DNA of 62,694 nucleotides, filler included, from 3 parts of 3 records of this genome joined end to end with filler, not necessarily neighbours in it, one strand, 5' to 3'. Counted from the first letter of the whole stretch, positions 1 to 10,368 are shown. Notes: generated from the sequence alone by a model not told the origin. Program-made: numbers and translations.

Positions 1-1
1 T

Positions 2-148
2 TATTTCGACGACCTGTCGATGCATCTGGTGCGCGAAATCTACAAGCGCGACTTTGATCTGTTCAAATATGATTTCGATAACCCGGGCAACAAGATGCCC
101 ATCGGTGAGATTGACTTGGATGAGGTGCACGCCAAATTGGGCGACTGA
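2..148 (+). CDS. C-terminal fragment of a probable sulfotransferase-family (Sulfotransfer_2-like) protein, 5' truncated
   Basis: Frame 2 reads YFDDLSMHLVREIYKRDFDLFKYDFDNPGNKMPIGEIDLDEVHAKLGD-stop (TGA 146-148). Y-x-x-D-F-x-L-F-x-Y is a typical C-terminal motif of this family. Confidence 0.55.
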   Translation, partial: YFDDLSMHLVREIYKRDFDLFKYDFDNPGNKMPIGEIDLDEVHAKLGD

Positions 149-261
149 TGCGGTTTAATCTGCGCTGGCTGCGCCGCTTCATCGCATGTTTTTAACTGAG
201 TTTCAGCCTGCACCACCTCTGTGACTTGCACGCGGGGCGGTGGCGTCCTACATCCGGTGTC

Positions 262-750
262 ATGGCCCAGGTAAAATCATCATCCAAATCCGACCCGAAC
301 TACAAGGTCATCGCCGAAAACCGCCGTGCGCGGTATGATTACGCGATTGAGGACGATATTGAATGCGGCATCGTGCTGGAGGGGTCCGAGGTAAAATCCC
401 TGCGGATGGGCGGATCAAACATCGCTGAAAGTTATGCTGCGGTGGAAGATGGCGAGCTGTGGCTGGTGAACTCCTATATTGCTCCCTACAAGCAGGCCAA
501 GACCTTTGGTCACGAGGAACGCCGCCGCCGCAAGATGCTGGTCAGTCGCAAGCAGCTGGCCGATCTATGGAGCGCTACACAGCGTAAGGGCATGACGCTG
601 GTGCCGCTGGTGATGTATTTCAACCACCGTGGTATGGCCAAGGTGAAGATTGGCATCGCCAAGGGTAAGCAGAACCATGACAAGCGCGAAACCTCAGCCA
701 AGCGTGATTGGGCACGGCAGAAATCCCGCTTGTTGAAAGACAACGGTTAA
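262..750 (+). CDS. smpB: SsrA (tmRNA)-binding protein SmpB
   Basis: Motifs [24 protein letters not shown] and [12 protein letters not shown] at 262 is preferred over the ORF-track start. Confidence 0.97.
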   Translation: MAQVKSSSKSDPNYKVIAENRRARYDYAIEDDIECGIVLEGSEVKSLRMGGSNIAESYAAVEDGELWLVNSYIAPYKQAKTFGHEERRRRKMLVSRKQLADLWSATQRKGMTLVPLVMYFNHRGMAKVKIGIAKGKQNHDKRETSAKRDWARQKSRLLKDNG

Positions 751-859
751 GTTTGGGTTTTCAGAGCAGCATTAAGGCCGGGCCTTTCCCGATGCTCTCC
801 CTTGCGAGTCACAGCCGGCGGCGGTAGTCAGGATTAACGTCCAGACGAAAGGCCAAAGC

Positions 860-1714
860 ATGACAGACGACCCCAAAACACTTGTGTCGACCGGATGGCT
901 GGCCAAACACCTGAAAGATCCTGATTTGCGGCTGTTGGATGCCTCTTGGTATCTTCCCGATGCAGGGCGCGATCCAAAGGCAGAGTATGACGCGGCCCAT
1001 ATCCCCGGTGCGCGGTTTTTTGACATTGATGATATTTCGGATGGGCGGTCGGATTTGCCGCATATGGCCCCGCCGGTTGAAAAATTCATGTCTCGCTTGC
1101 GGGCGATGGGTGTGGGTGACGGCCATCAGGTTGTGGTCTATGACGGTGCCGGTCTGATGTCAGCGGCCCGGGTCTGGTGGCTGTTCAAGCTGATGGGGCA
1201 GGAAAACGTGGCTGTTCTTGACGGTGGCCTGCCCAAATGGGTGGCCGAGGGCAATGCAACCGAGGATATGCCGCCGATCCCGCGCGACCGTCACATGACC
1301 GTGCGGGTGCAGAACCAGCTGGTGCGCGATGTCACGCAGGTGGCGCATGCGTCGAAGTTGGGCGATCCGCAGATTGTTGATGCGCGCGCCCCGGCTCGCT
1401 TTCGCGGCGATGCGCCAGAGCCGCGCGAGGGGCTGCGCGCCGGTCACATTCCGAAATCACGCAATGTGCATTACGAAACGCTGCTGAACGCTGACAAGAC
1501 CATGAAAACCCCTGATGAAACCCGCGCGGTATTCGAGGCGGCAGGCATTGATCTGTCCAAGCCGGTGATCACCAGCTGCGGCTCCGGGGTGACGGCAGCG
1601 ATCCTAGCGCTGGCATTGGAACGGATGGGGCACACTGATTGGTCCCTATATGATGGATCATGGGCGGAATGGGGCATGTTCCCGACTGTTCCTGTGGCAA
1701 CTGGAGAAGCCTGA
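860..1714 (+). CDS. sseA: 3-mercaptopyruvate sulfurtransferase (tandem rhodanese)
   Basis: HIPGARFFDID, active-site loop CGSGVTA and the YDGSWAEW signature. Confidence 0.95.
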   Translation: MTDDPKTLVSTGWLAKHLKDPDLRLLDASWYLPDAGRDPKAEYDAAHIPGARFFDIDDISDGRSDLPHMAPPVEKFMSRLRAMGVGDGHQVVVYDGAGLMSAARVWWLFKLMGQENVAVLDGGLPKWVAEGNATEDMPPIPRDRHMTVRVQNQLVRDVTQVAHASKLGDPQIVDARAPARFRGDAPEPREGLRAGHIPKSRNVHYETLLNADKTMKTPDETRAVFEAAGIDLSKPVITSCGSGVTAAILALALERMGHTDWSLYDGSWAEWGMFPTVPVATGEA

Positions 1715-2898
1715 TGTTTGAAAACCTGCAATCGCAACCTGCTGACAAAATCCTTGCTCTGATGCAGATGTACAAGGACGACCCGCGCGAGACCAAGGTG
1801 GATCTGGGCGTCGGGGTCTATAAGGATGCAACGGGACTGACGCCGGTGATGCGCGCGGTTAAGGCGGCAGAGCAACAGATCTGGCAGGCACAGGACACCA
1901 AGGTTTATACCGGTCTTGCCGGCGATCCGGCCTTTGCTGATTCGATGATTGCGCTGGTGCTGGGTGATGCAGTGCCACGTGCAACTGTGGCGGCGGCGGC
2001 GACCCCCGGCGGGACGGGTGCGGTGCGTCAGGCGTTTGAAATGGTGCGCATGGCCAAGCCCGATGCGCGGGTGTTTGTGTCTGATCCGACATGGCCGAAC
2101 CACCTGTCGATCCTGAAATATCTGGATATTGAAATCGTCCCTTACCGCTATTTCGATGATGAAACGCGTGGCGTGGATTTCGACGGCATGATGGCCGATC
2201 TGAAAACTGCTCATGCGGGGGATGTGATTCTGCTGCATGGCTGTTGTCATAACCCGACGGGCGCAAACCTGAATGCGTCCCAGTGGGATGATGTGATCAA
2301 GGTGTTGCAAGACACTGGCGCGACACCGATGATTGATATTGCCTATCAGGGGTTTGGTGACGGGCTGGACGCGGATGCGGCGGCAACACGCAAGCTGGTG
2401 GCCTCGGTCCCGGAATGTCTGATCGCGGCAAGCTGTTCCAAGAACTTCGGCATTTATCGCGAGCGCACCGGCCTGTTGATGGCAGTTGCGGCGGACTCGG
2501 CGGCACATGCGCTTAATCAGGCGACACTGGCGTTTTTGAACCGTCAGAATTTCAGTTTTCCACCGGATCACGGGGCGCGGATTGTCACGACCATTCTGAA
2601 CGATGACGCCTTGCGGGCCGATTGGATGGCTGAGCTGGAAGAGGTGCGCGGTGCGATGTTGGGCCTGCGCACGCAGCTGGCGGGTGAGTTGCAGCGGCTG
2701 TCAGGCTCTGACCGGTTCGGCTTTCTGGGGCAGCACCGCGGTATGTTTTCACGGCTGGGGACCTCGCCCGAAAAGGTTGAGGAACTGCGGGTCAAACACG
2801 GGATCTATATGGTGGGTGACAGCCGGATGAATATTGCCGGGTTGAACACGGACAGCGTGCCGATCTTGGCAGCGGCGATCATCGATGTGGGCATCTGA
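1714..2898 (+). CDS. Aspartate/aromatic amino acid aminotransferase (class I, AspC/TyrB family)
   Basis: DLGVGVYKD, LHGCCHNPTG, DIAYQGFG and the PLP-lysine motif SCSKNFGIYRERTG. The ATG overlaps the sseA stop (TGATG). Confidence 0.93.
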   Translation: MFENLQSQPADKILALMQMYKDDPRETKVDLGVGVYKDATGLTPVMRAVKAAEQQIWQAQDTKVYTGLAGDPAFADSMIALVLGDAVPRATVAAAATPGGTGAVRQAFEMVRMAKPDARVFVSDPTWPNHLSILKYLDIEIVPYRYFDDETRGVDFDGMMADLKTAHAGDVILLHGCCHNPTGANLNASQWDDVIKVLQDTGATPMIDIAYQGFGDGLDADAAATRKLVASVPECLIAASCSKNFGIYRERTGLLMAVAADSAAHALNQATLAFLNRQNFSFPPDHGARIVTTILNDDALRADWMAELEEVRGAMLGLRTQLAGELQRLSGSDRFGFLGQHRGMFSRLGTSPEKVEELRVKHGIYMVGDSRMNIAGLNTDSVPILAAAIIDVGI

Positions 2899-2952
2899 AC
2901 CTGACAATCGGGGCAGGCTGGCGCATTTCGGCGACTTCCCCGCTATATAAAT

Positions 2953-2981
2953 AAAAAGCCCGGGGAAACACCCGGGCTTTT
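2953..2981. terminator. Bidirectional intrinsic terminator between the aminotransferase gene and amtB
   Basis: AAAAAGCCCGGG-gaaaca-CCCGGGCTTTT between convergent genes. Confidence 0.85.
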
Positions 2982-3004
2982 CACGTTTTTAACTTGGCTT
3001 ACCC

Positions 3005-4333
3005 TTAGCTCTTGGAGAACTCAGGGTAGGCGTCCATGCCCAGTTCGGCCATGTCCAACCCGTTGATCTCCGCCTCTTCGCTGACGCGGATGCCCATGGT
3101 GGCTTTGAGGATAAACCAGACCGTACCAGAGGCGACGAAGGCGAAGACACCAACAACGATGATGGAATAGAGCTGTGTGCCAAGGCTGGCCTCCGGGTTG
3201 GTCAGAACCACGGCAATTGTGCCCCAGATGCCCGCACAGAGGTGTACCGGGATCGCGCCGACCACATCGTCAATCTTGAGCTTGTCGAGCAATGGCACAG
3301 CAAAGACAACGATCACACCGCCGATACCACCGATCAGCGTGGCCATGCCAAGGCTTGGCGTCAGCGGCTCTGCTGTGATCGACACCAGACCGGCCAGCGC
3401 ACCGTTCAAGACCATTGTAAGGTCAGGTTTTTTGTACAGCAGCTGTGTCAAGATCAGTGCGACCACGGCACCACCGGCAGCGGCAGCATTTGTGTTGGCA
3501 AAAATGCGCGACACGTCAGCGATATCACCAACCGAGCCCATGGCCAGCTGTGACCCACCGTTAAAGCCGAACCAGCCAAGCCACAGGATGAACATGCCCA
3601 AGGTGGCCAGCGCCAAATTGGAACCGGGCATCGGATTGACGCGGCCATCTTTGTATTTACCGATACGTGGCCCAAGGATCAGCGCCCCGGCCAAAGCGGC
3701 CCAGCCTCCGACAGAATGCACAACGGTAGAACCGGCAAAATCAAGGAAACCCATGTTATCAAGGAAGCCACCGCCCCATTTCCACGATGCTTGCAACGGA
3801 TAGATCACACCGGTTAGCACAACAACGAACACAAGGAAGGGCCAGAGTTTGATCCGTTCAGCCAGCGCGCCGGATACGATTGAGGCCGTGGCCGCACAGA
3901 ACATCAATTGGAAGAAAAAGTCGGAACCGGTCGAGGCATATTCACCATCATCTGCACCAGCCAGGTCGATCCCGACGGCTTCCAGTACGCCAAAGCCGAA
4001 GACGCCGGATAGGACGCCTTCAACCGACCATGTGCCCAGGGGATACATCAGGTTATAGCCGAAGGCCCAATAGGCGATGGTAGCCAGCGAAAACAGCGCC
4101 ACGTTTTTGGTCATCTGCATGGTTACGTTTTTGGACCGCACCAGGCCGCCCTCAAGCATGGCAAAACCTGCCGCCATGAAGAACACCAGAAAGCCGCCGA
4201 TCAGGAACAGCAATGTATTCATGATCCAGACCATTTCGGCGGTGACGGATGCTGCTTCGGTATCTTGCGCCAAGCCCATTTGCGGTAGGGTGATGGCCGC
4301 CGCCGTGAGAAGTAGTTTTTTCGACAATGTCAT
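3005..4333 (-). CDS. amtB: Ammonium transporter AmtB
   Basis: Signal peptide and about 11 TM helices; DFAGSTVVH, LWLGWFGFNGGS, DDVVGAIPVH; lies directly downstream of a P-II gene. Confidence 0.96.
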   Translation of the reverse strand: MTLSKKLLLTAAAITLPQMGLAQDTEAASVTAEMVWIMNTLLFLIGGFLVFFMAAGFAMLEGGLVRSKNVTMQMTKNVALFSLATIAYWAFGYNLMYPLGTWSVEGVLSGVFGFGVLEAVGIDLAGADDGEYASTGSDFFFQLMFCAATASIVSGALAERIKLWPFLVFVVVLTGVIYPLQASWKWGGGFLDNMGFLDFAGSTVVHSVGGWAALAGALILGPRIGKYKDGRVNPMPGSNLALATLGMFILWLGWFGFNGGSQLAMGSVGDIADVSRIFANTNAAAAGGAVVALILTQLLYKKPDLTMVLNGALAGLVSITAEPLTPSLGMATLIGGIGGVIVVFAVPLLDKLKIDDVVGAIPVHLCAGIWGTIAVVLTNPEASLGTQLYSIIVVGVFAFVASGTVWFILKATMGIRVSEEAEINGLDMAELGMDAYPEFSKS

Positions 4334-4355
4334 CGTTTCGTTTTCCTTGTTGAGC

Positions 4356-4694
4356 TTAGATTGCGTCGTCGCCGGTTTCGCCGGTGCGCACGCGCACAGC
4401 TTGTTCCACGTCGATCACAAAGATTTTGCCGTCCCCGATTTTGCCGGTCTGGGCGGTGCGCGAGATCACCTCGACGATCTGGTCGGCAATGCCATCGGCG
4501 ACGACCAGTTCGAGTTTGATCTTGGGTACGAAGTTCACGACATATTCCGCGCCGCGGTAAATTTCGGTGTGGCCGGACTGCGCGCCAAACCCTTTGATTT
4601 CCGTCACCATCAGCCCGCGGACACCCGCGTCGGTCAGCGCCTCGCGGACCTCCTCCAGCTTGAATGGTTTGATTGTTGCAATGATGAGTTTCAC
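4356..4694 (-). CDS. glnK: Nitrogen regulatory protein P-II (GlnK)
   Basis: GTG start at 4694 gives 112 aa: KLIIATIKPFKLEEV, T-loop YRGAEY, TGKIGDGKIFV. Arranged glnK-amtB. Confidence 0.95.
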   Translation of the reverse strand: MKLIIATIKPFKLEEVREALTDAGVRGLMVTEIKGFGAQSGHTEIYRGAEYVVNFVPKIKLELVVADGIADQIVEVISRTAQTGKIGDGKIFVIDVEQAVRVRTGETGDDAI

Positions 4695-4811
4695 TGATGA
4701 TCCCTCTTTCGATTGGCAGGCTGCTCCTGCATTGTGCACCTGCAGCAACTTGCATTTCGGCGCTCTACGGAAGGGATTCCGTGGGTTTTGTGGTAGGAAA
4801 ATCGGAAAATA

Positions 4812-4857
4812 TGCGTAAAAATTAGGCTTCTGTTTGAATTTGCCCAAAAAATAGACT
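4812..4857. promoter_or_regulatory. Putative tandem NtrC-like binding sites upstream of glnK
   Basis: TGCGT-AAAAATT-AGGCT (4812-4828) and TGCCC-AAAAAAT-AGACT (4841-4857) resemble TGCAC-N7-GTGCA with an AT-rich core. Degenerate match. Confidence 0.4.
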
Positions 4858-4949
4858 GCAGATTGATGGGTGACTTGGGCACAAGTGCTAAACATTCCCG
4901 GCAAAGCGGGATATGGTGCTGAAAAAAGAGAAGCCGGGCAGGCAGAGTT

Positions 4950-7145
4950 ATGAGTGATACACCAAAGCGTAAACGTCCCTTGGTGGCGGATAAACGGTAT
5001 GCGTCCAAAACCCGGACCACCGCAAAGAAACCGGCCAAAAAAGCCGCGCCGGCCCGTCGCAAGGCCCCCAAAAAACGTGCAAAGCGCAGTGGTATTACCG
5101 GTTTTCTGACAGCCATCATTTCATGGGTGTTGCGCCTGATCTGGAAGATCACCTGGCGGCTGACGGCCGTTGTTTGCCTCGCTTTGGCGCTCGCAGTTGG
5201 ATATCATTACACAACCTTGCCGCCGCTTGAGGCTTTGCTGGACGGGCGTGCCAGCGGATCTGTGACGATGCTGGACCGCAATGGTGCGGTGTTTGCGCGG
5301 CGCGGTGATCAATTTGGCGGGGTAGTCACGGCAAATTCTGTCTCACCTCACTTGAAGAACGCTGTGATTGCCACCGAGGACAAGCGGTTTTACCGCCATT
5401 TCGGTGTCAGCCCGCGCGGCATCGCCTCTGCTGTGCGGATCAACCTGTCTGAAGGGCGCGGCCCCTTGTCCGGGCACGGGGGGTCGACGATCACCCAGCA
5501 GGTCGCCAAGCTGATCTGTCTGGGCGAACCTTATGACCCTTCGGCAGGCATCTCTGAAAAGCAATATGAGGCCAACTGCCGCCGCAACTCGATCCAGCGC
5601 AAAGCAAAAGAAGCGCTGTTTTCGATGGCGATGGAGGCGAAATACTCCAAGGATGACATCCTGTCGATCTATCTGAACCGCGCCTATATGGGTGGTGGTG
5701 CCTATGGTGCCGAGGCTGCAGCACAGCGGTTTTTCAGCAAGTCGGCCGCCAGCCTGAACCCGGCAGAAAGCGCGATGCTGGCGGGGTTGCTGACCGCGCC
5801 GACAACCTTGTCGCCGACAAATAACCTTGATCGGTCGCAGAACCGCGCGGCAACTGTGATCCGCCTGATGCGGGATCAGGGATATTTGACACAGGCCGAA
5901 GCGGATGCAGCACAGGCCTCCCCGGCAGAACTGTCCGCCGAGGCAGAAGCACAGGTGGGCGGGTATTTTGCGGATTGGATGATTTCGGAAATACCCGATT
6001 TCATGCGCTCCACCACCTCTGACATGCAGATCAAGACGACACTGGACCAGCGCATCCAATTGGCCGCCGAAGAGGGGCTGAACTGGGTGTTTGAAAACAA
6101 AGTGCGCGAAGGGTCCAAGGCGCAGGCCGCTATTGTGATCATGTCAGCGGACGGGGCGGTGCGTGCAATGGTGGGGGGGCGTAAAGCCAAAGTGTCTGGT
6201 GTGTTCAACCGCGCGACCCAGGCCCTGCGCCAGACCGGATCGGCGTTCAAACCCTTTGTCTATGCGGCAGCACTTGATCTGGGGTATTCGCCCAATGACC
6301 TGATCGAGGACGCCCCCTATTGCCAGAACATTCCGGGGTCCGGTGAATGGTGCCCGCGCAACTATACCAACACTTTCAAAGGGATGGTGACGCTGACGGA
6401 GGCGTTGAAAAACTCTTTGAACATTCCGGCGGTCAAGATTTCCGAAAGTGTGGGCCGTGAATTGGTCAGCCGGGTGGCGTCGCAGTTCGGTATCGAAAGT
6501 GATCTGGCCGCGGGTCCGGCACTGGCGCTTGGCGCATCGGAAAGCACACTGACCGAAATGACCGGTGCCTTCGCTGGGATTCTGAATGGCGGATCTTCGG
6601 TGACGCCTTATGGCTTGGTTGAGCTGACGATCATGGGGGATCATGAACCCCTGATGGGGCGGGGCGGCGGCATAGGCGAGCGGGTGATTCAGGAAAGCGC
6701 GGCACGCCAGCTGGTCTATATGATGGAAAAGGTGATCTCGGAAGGGACGGGGAAGCGGGCGCAGTTTGACGGGCGCGAGCTGGCCGGGAAAACCGGCACA
6801 ACCTCAGCGGCAAAAGACGCCTGGTTCATTGGGTTCTCCGCGGATTATGTCGCAGGTGTCTGGATGGGATATGATGACAACACACCTCTAAAAGGGGTGA
6901 CAGGGGGCGGGTTGCCCACCGATATCTGGCGTGAAGCGATGATGCGGATTCACGCTGGGCTGCCGCACAACCCACTGCCGATGGACGCGCCGGTTCCGCA
7001 AAGCGGTTTGGGTGATACACAACCCGCGCCTGCACCTCAGCCAAGACGCAATGAAGGCACGATCATTGATCAGGTCTTGCGCGATATCTTTGGTGGCAGT
7101 GGCTCAGGCAGCTCGGGTCGCGCGCCCAGTGGCGGGGACAGGTAA
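4950..7145 (+). CDS. Class A penicillin-binding protein (PBP1A family; transglycosylase-transpeptidase)
   Basis: Basic N-terminus and one TM helix. Transglycosylase motifs EDKRFYRHFG and GGSTITQQVAK; transpeptidase SxxK (SAFK), SxN (SLN) and KTG. Confidence 0.93.
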   Translation: MSDTPKRKRPLVADKRYASKTRTTAKKPAKKAAPARRKAPKKRAKRSGITGFLTAIISWVLRLIWKITWRLTAVVCLALALAVGYHYTTLPPLEALLDGRASGSVTMLDRNGAVFARRGDQFGGVVTANSVSPHLKNAVIATEDKRFYRHFGVSPRGIASAVRINLSEGRGPLSGHGGSTITQQVAKLICLGEPYDPSAGISEKQYEANCRRNSIQRKAKEALFSMAMEAKYSKDDILSIYLNRAYMGGGAYGAEAAAQRFFSKSAASLNPAESAMLAGLLTAPTTLSPTNNLDRSQNRAATVIRLMRDQGYLTQAEADAAQASPAELSAEAEAQVGGYFADWMISEIPDFMRSTTSDMQIKTTLDQRIQLAAEEGLNWVFENKVREGSKAQAAIVIMSADGAVRAMVGGRKAKVSGVFNRATQALRQTGSAFKPFVYAAALDLGYSPNDLIEDAPYCQNIPGSGEWCPRNYTNTFKGMVTLTEALKNSLNIPAVKISESVGRELVSRVASQFGIESDLAAGPALALGASESTLTEMTGAFAGILNGGSSVTPYGLVELTIMGDHEPLMGRGGGIGERVIQESAARQLVYMMEKVISEGTGKRAQFDGRELAGKTGTTSAAKDAWFIGFSADYVAGVWMGYDDNTPLKGVTGGGLPTDIWREAMMRIHAGLPHNPLPMDAPVPQSGLGDTQPAPAPQPRRNEGTIIDQVLRDIFGGSGSGSSGRAPSGGDR

Positions 7146-7270
7146 TCTTGCGATAACCTTGTTGCATTACGGCATGGATCGCGAAAGCCTATCTTAATCT
7201 AAGGCTGTTTTTCTGGCCCTGAACCGTGCAGCCCCTTGTCGGCATGCCGGGAGCAGGAGCAGGCAAACCC

Positions 7271-9004
7271 ATGAGTGCGCAATCGGCCCATAGCGGACAT
7301 GAGGAGCTGCGGGCGATCCGGCACCGCAGTCGCGGGCTGTTGTGGTCTGTCGGATTGTTCAGTCTGTTTGCGAATCTGCTGATGTTGACCGGTCCGATGT
7401 ATATGCTTCAGGTCTATGACCGTGTGCTGGGTTCTGGATCGGTTGAGACATTGGTGGCGCTGTCGCTTCTGGCGGTTGTTCTATTTGCGGCAATGGCCGT
7501 GTTTGATGCGGTGCGGGCCAAAACCATGGCACGGATTGGCATGCGGTTTCAGCGCGATCTGGATGATCGCGTTTTTGACGCCGTGGTGCGCAAATCTGCG
7601 GTGAGTGCCGATGCGCAGGCCCGCGCGGGTTTTGCCCATCTTGATGCGGTGCAACGGCTGTTGGCAGCGCCTGTGGTCATTGCAGGGTTTGATCTGCCGT
7701 GGACGGTGATTTTCTTTGGGGCCATCTTTGTGTTTCATCCCTATCTGGGCTGGATGGCCGTTGGGGGTGCGGCGACATTGGTCAGCATCACCATCGCCAA
7801 TCAGCTGTTGTCCAAACGGGCGCAGGCCCGCGCGGGACAATTTGCACAACAGGCCGATGCCGTGGCAGAGCAGGTCATATCAGAGGCTGAGACCATCGAG
7901 GCTCTGGGCATGCGAGAGGCTGCTCTCGCCCATTGGAAAACCGATCGTAATGTGGCGCAGGCCGAACAGATGCGGGCCTCTGACGTGGGCAGTAGCTTCT
8001 CCGCACTGACTCGTACGCTGCGGCTGTTTCTGCAATCTGCAATGCTTGGCATGGGGGCCTGGCTGGTGCTGGGCAATCAGATGACACCGGGCGGGATGAT
8101 GGCGGGTTCAATCCTTTTGGGCCGCGCCCTGTCGCCGATTGAAACGCTGGTGCATCATTGGCCGGTTGTACAACAGGGGGTACAGGGCTGGCATCATCTG
8201 GCGGGCCTTTTGTCCGGGGTGCCGGTGGAGGAACCGCGCTTGCCGTTGCCGCATCCTGCGGCGCGGTTGACGGTGAATGCCCTGACCGTGGTGCCGCCGG
8301 GGGACCGTAAGGCGGTGCTCAAGGCGGTCAGTTTTCACGCCACACCGGGGCAAGCCGTTGGCGTGATCGGCCCGTCAGGCACCGGCAAATCCAGTCTGGC
8401 GCGGGCGCTGACCGGCGTCTGGCGACCGGCGGGCGGGGATATTCGGCTGGATGGGGCCACTTTGGATCAATATGGCGCTGATCGGTTGGGGCAACATATC
8501 GGCTATCTGCCTCAGCGCATTCAGCTTTTCGACGGTACCGTGTCGCAGAACATCGCACGGCTTGCAAAAACCCCGGATGAGACCAAGGTGGTTGAGGCAG
8601 CAAAACGCGCGGCGGCCCACGACATGATCCTTGAGTTGCCCCAAGGTTATGACACTGTGGTTAAAGGCGGGCTGTTGCGCCTGTCGGGTGGGCAGATGCA
8701 GCGGATTGCGCTGGCCCGTGCGCTCTATGGTGCCCCGGTGGTTCTGGTGCTGGATGAACCGAACGCCAATCTTGATAATGCCGGCTCGCAAGCATTGAAC
8801 GAGGCGATCCGGGGCGTCAAAGCGTGCGGTGGGGTCGTGTTGATCATGGCACATCGGCCCGCGGCCATTCAGGAATGCGAAATGTTGCTGGTGCTGGATA
8901 AAGGCGTGCGGGTGGCCTTTGGCCCCAAGGATGAGGTGCTGTCGGGCATGGTCAAAAATGTGCAGGCGATTCAGCGCCCGCGCAAGGCGGCGGGCATGGC
9001 ATGA
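7271..9004 (+). CDS. Type I secretion ABC permease/ATPase (PrtD/AprD family)
   Basis: YMLQVYDRVL, Walker A GPSGTGKS, LSGGQ, LVLDEPNANLD, AHR. No C39 domain. Start chosen at ATG 7271. Confidence 0.92.
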   Translation: MSAQSAHSGHEELRAIRHRSRGLLWSVGLFSLFANLLMLTGPMYMLQVYDRVLGSGSVETLVALSLLAVVLFAAMAVFDAVRAKTMARIGMRFQRDLDDRVFDAVVRKSAVSADAQARAGFAHLDAVQRLLAAPVVIAGFDLPWTVIFFGAIFVFHPYLGWMAVGGAATLVSITIANQLLSKRAQARAGQFAQQADAVAEQVISEAETIEALGMREAALAHWKTDRNVAQAEQMRASDVGSSFSALTRTLRLFLQSAMLGMGAWLVLGNQMTPGGMMAGSILLGRALSPIETLVHHWPVVQQGVQGWHHLAGLLSGVPVEEPRLPLPHPAARLTVNALTVVPPGDRKAVLKAVSFHATPGQAVGVIGPSGTGKSSLARALTGVWRPAGGDIRLDGATLDQYGADRLGQHIGYLPQRIQLFDGTVSQNIARLAKTPDETKVVEAAKRAAAHDMILELPQGYDTVVKGGLLRLSGGQMQRIALARALYGAPVVLVLDEPNANLDNAGSQALNEAIRGVKACGGVVLIMAHRPAAIQECEMLLVLDKGVRVAFGPKDEVLSGMVKNVQAIQRPRKAAGMA

Positions 9005-10311
9005 GTGATGAAACACTGCCACGGCTGTCAGCAAAGCCGCAGATATTGATCGGGCTGGCCACAATTCTAGCGCTGGCTGTGGGGCTGTTTTACTGGGCGG
9101 TGACGGCGAGCATCACCGGTGCTGTCATTGCCCCCGGCACTGTTGAGGTTGATCGGCATCGCCAGATTGTACAGCATCCCACCGGTGGTGTCGCAGCGGC
9201 CATTCATGTGCGCGATGGGCAGCTGGTGCGGCAAGGTGAGGCGCTGCTGGTGCTGGACACCAGTCAGCAACAGGGGGAACTGGCCTTTGCCCAGTCACAA
9301 CTGTTTGAGCTGACGGCCCGGCAGAACCGTTTCACCGCAGCGCAGGCCGCGCTGGAAACCGTCAAGTTTGACCCGTGGCTGTTGGCGCAAAGCAAAGACA
9401 ATCCGGTTTTGACCTCTGTCCTGGAAGGCCAGCGGGCGCTGTTTCAGGCATCCCGGCGCACCATTGGCATCGAAAGGATCAAACTGGAGAATCGCAAAGA
9501 CCAGATCGCAGCACAGATTGCCGGTATCGATGCGCAGGAAGCTGCTTTGCTACGGCAATTGGATTTGATCGCCCGCGAACTGGCGACGCAAAGAGCGCTG
9601 CGCGAACGCAAGTTGACCTCGGCCAGCGCGGTCATTGAATTGGAGAGGCAGGAAGCCAGTTTAAGCGGGTCTTTGGGAGAGGTCATGGCCAATCGGGCAG
9701 CGGCGGCGCAGCGCTTGCTTGAGACTGACCTTGAACTGGGGCGGCTGCTCTCTCAGCATCTGGAGCAAGGCCTGTCGACGGCACGTGATCTGGATGCGCC
9801 CATGCGCCAATATCGCCGTGACATCCGCAGGCTAAGGGATGAAATTGCAAAGGCACGGATCGCTGCGCCGGTTTCCGGGATCGTTTACGGCATGACCCTG
9901 CGTACAGCGGGGGCCGTGCTGCGCCCCGCCGAACCTGTGTTGTACCTTATTCCACAGGATCGTCCGCTGATTGTTGCGATGCGGGTTGATCCGAAACATA
10001 TAGATCAGGTGACACGGGGCCAACGCGTCAAACTGCGCCTCTCGGCACTGGATCAGCGGATCACGCCCGAGGTCTGGGGCACTATCAGCCGGTTGTCTGC
10101 GGACGCGATGACAGATGACGCGGGCGGTCCGTCCTATTATCGCGCTGAGGTGGTTCTGCCCGCAAACGAATTGCACCGTTTGCCCGAAGACATACGCCTG
10201 CTGCCCGGCATGCCGGTTGAGGCATTTATCCGTACCGGTGATGCCTCTCCGATGGCCTATATGATCAAGCCGGTGGCGGATTATTTCGCCCGGGCGTTTC
10301 GCGAAAGCTAG
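9001..10311 (+). CDS. HlyD/PrtE-family type I secretion membrane fusion protein
   Basis: N-terminal TM, VQHPTGG, coiled coil, IAAPVSG, LLPGMPVEAFIRTG. ATGA overlap with the ABC gene. Confidence 0.92.
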   Translation: MSDETLPRLSAKPQILIGLATILALAVGLFYWAVTASITGAVIAPGTVEVDRHRQIVQHPTGGVAAAIHVRDGQLVRQGEALLVLDTSQQQGELAFAQSQLFELTARQNRFTAAQAALETVKFDPWLLAQSKDNPVLTSVLEGQRALFQASRRTIGIERIKLENRKDQIAAQIAGIDAQEAALLRQLDLIARELATQRALRERKLTSASAVIELERQEASLSGSLGEVMANRAAAAQRLLETDLELGRLLSQHLEQGLSTARDLDAPMRQYRRDIRRLRDEIAKARIAAPVSGIVYGMTLRTAGAVLRPAEPVLYLIPQDRPLIVAMRVDPKHIDQVTRGQRVKLRLSALDQRITPEVWGTISRLSADAMTDDAGGPSYYRAEVVLPANELHRLPEDIRLLPGMPVEAFIRTGDASPMAYMIKPVADYFARAFRES

Positions 10312-10368
10312 GCCTTTTCGTTTCTGTCCAACAGCGTTAGCGTCCGGCGCAACACATATGCAAAGGAC

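Noticed and set aside
1471..2571. Long antisense ORFs (also 11896-13332 minus, 23198-23998 plus, 61380-62438 plus)
   Set aside because: Shadows of well-supported genes on the opposite strand in GC-rich DNA, with no recognisable motifs.
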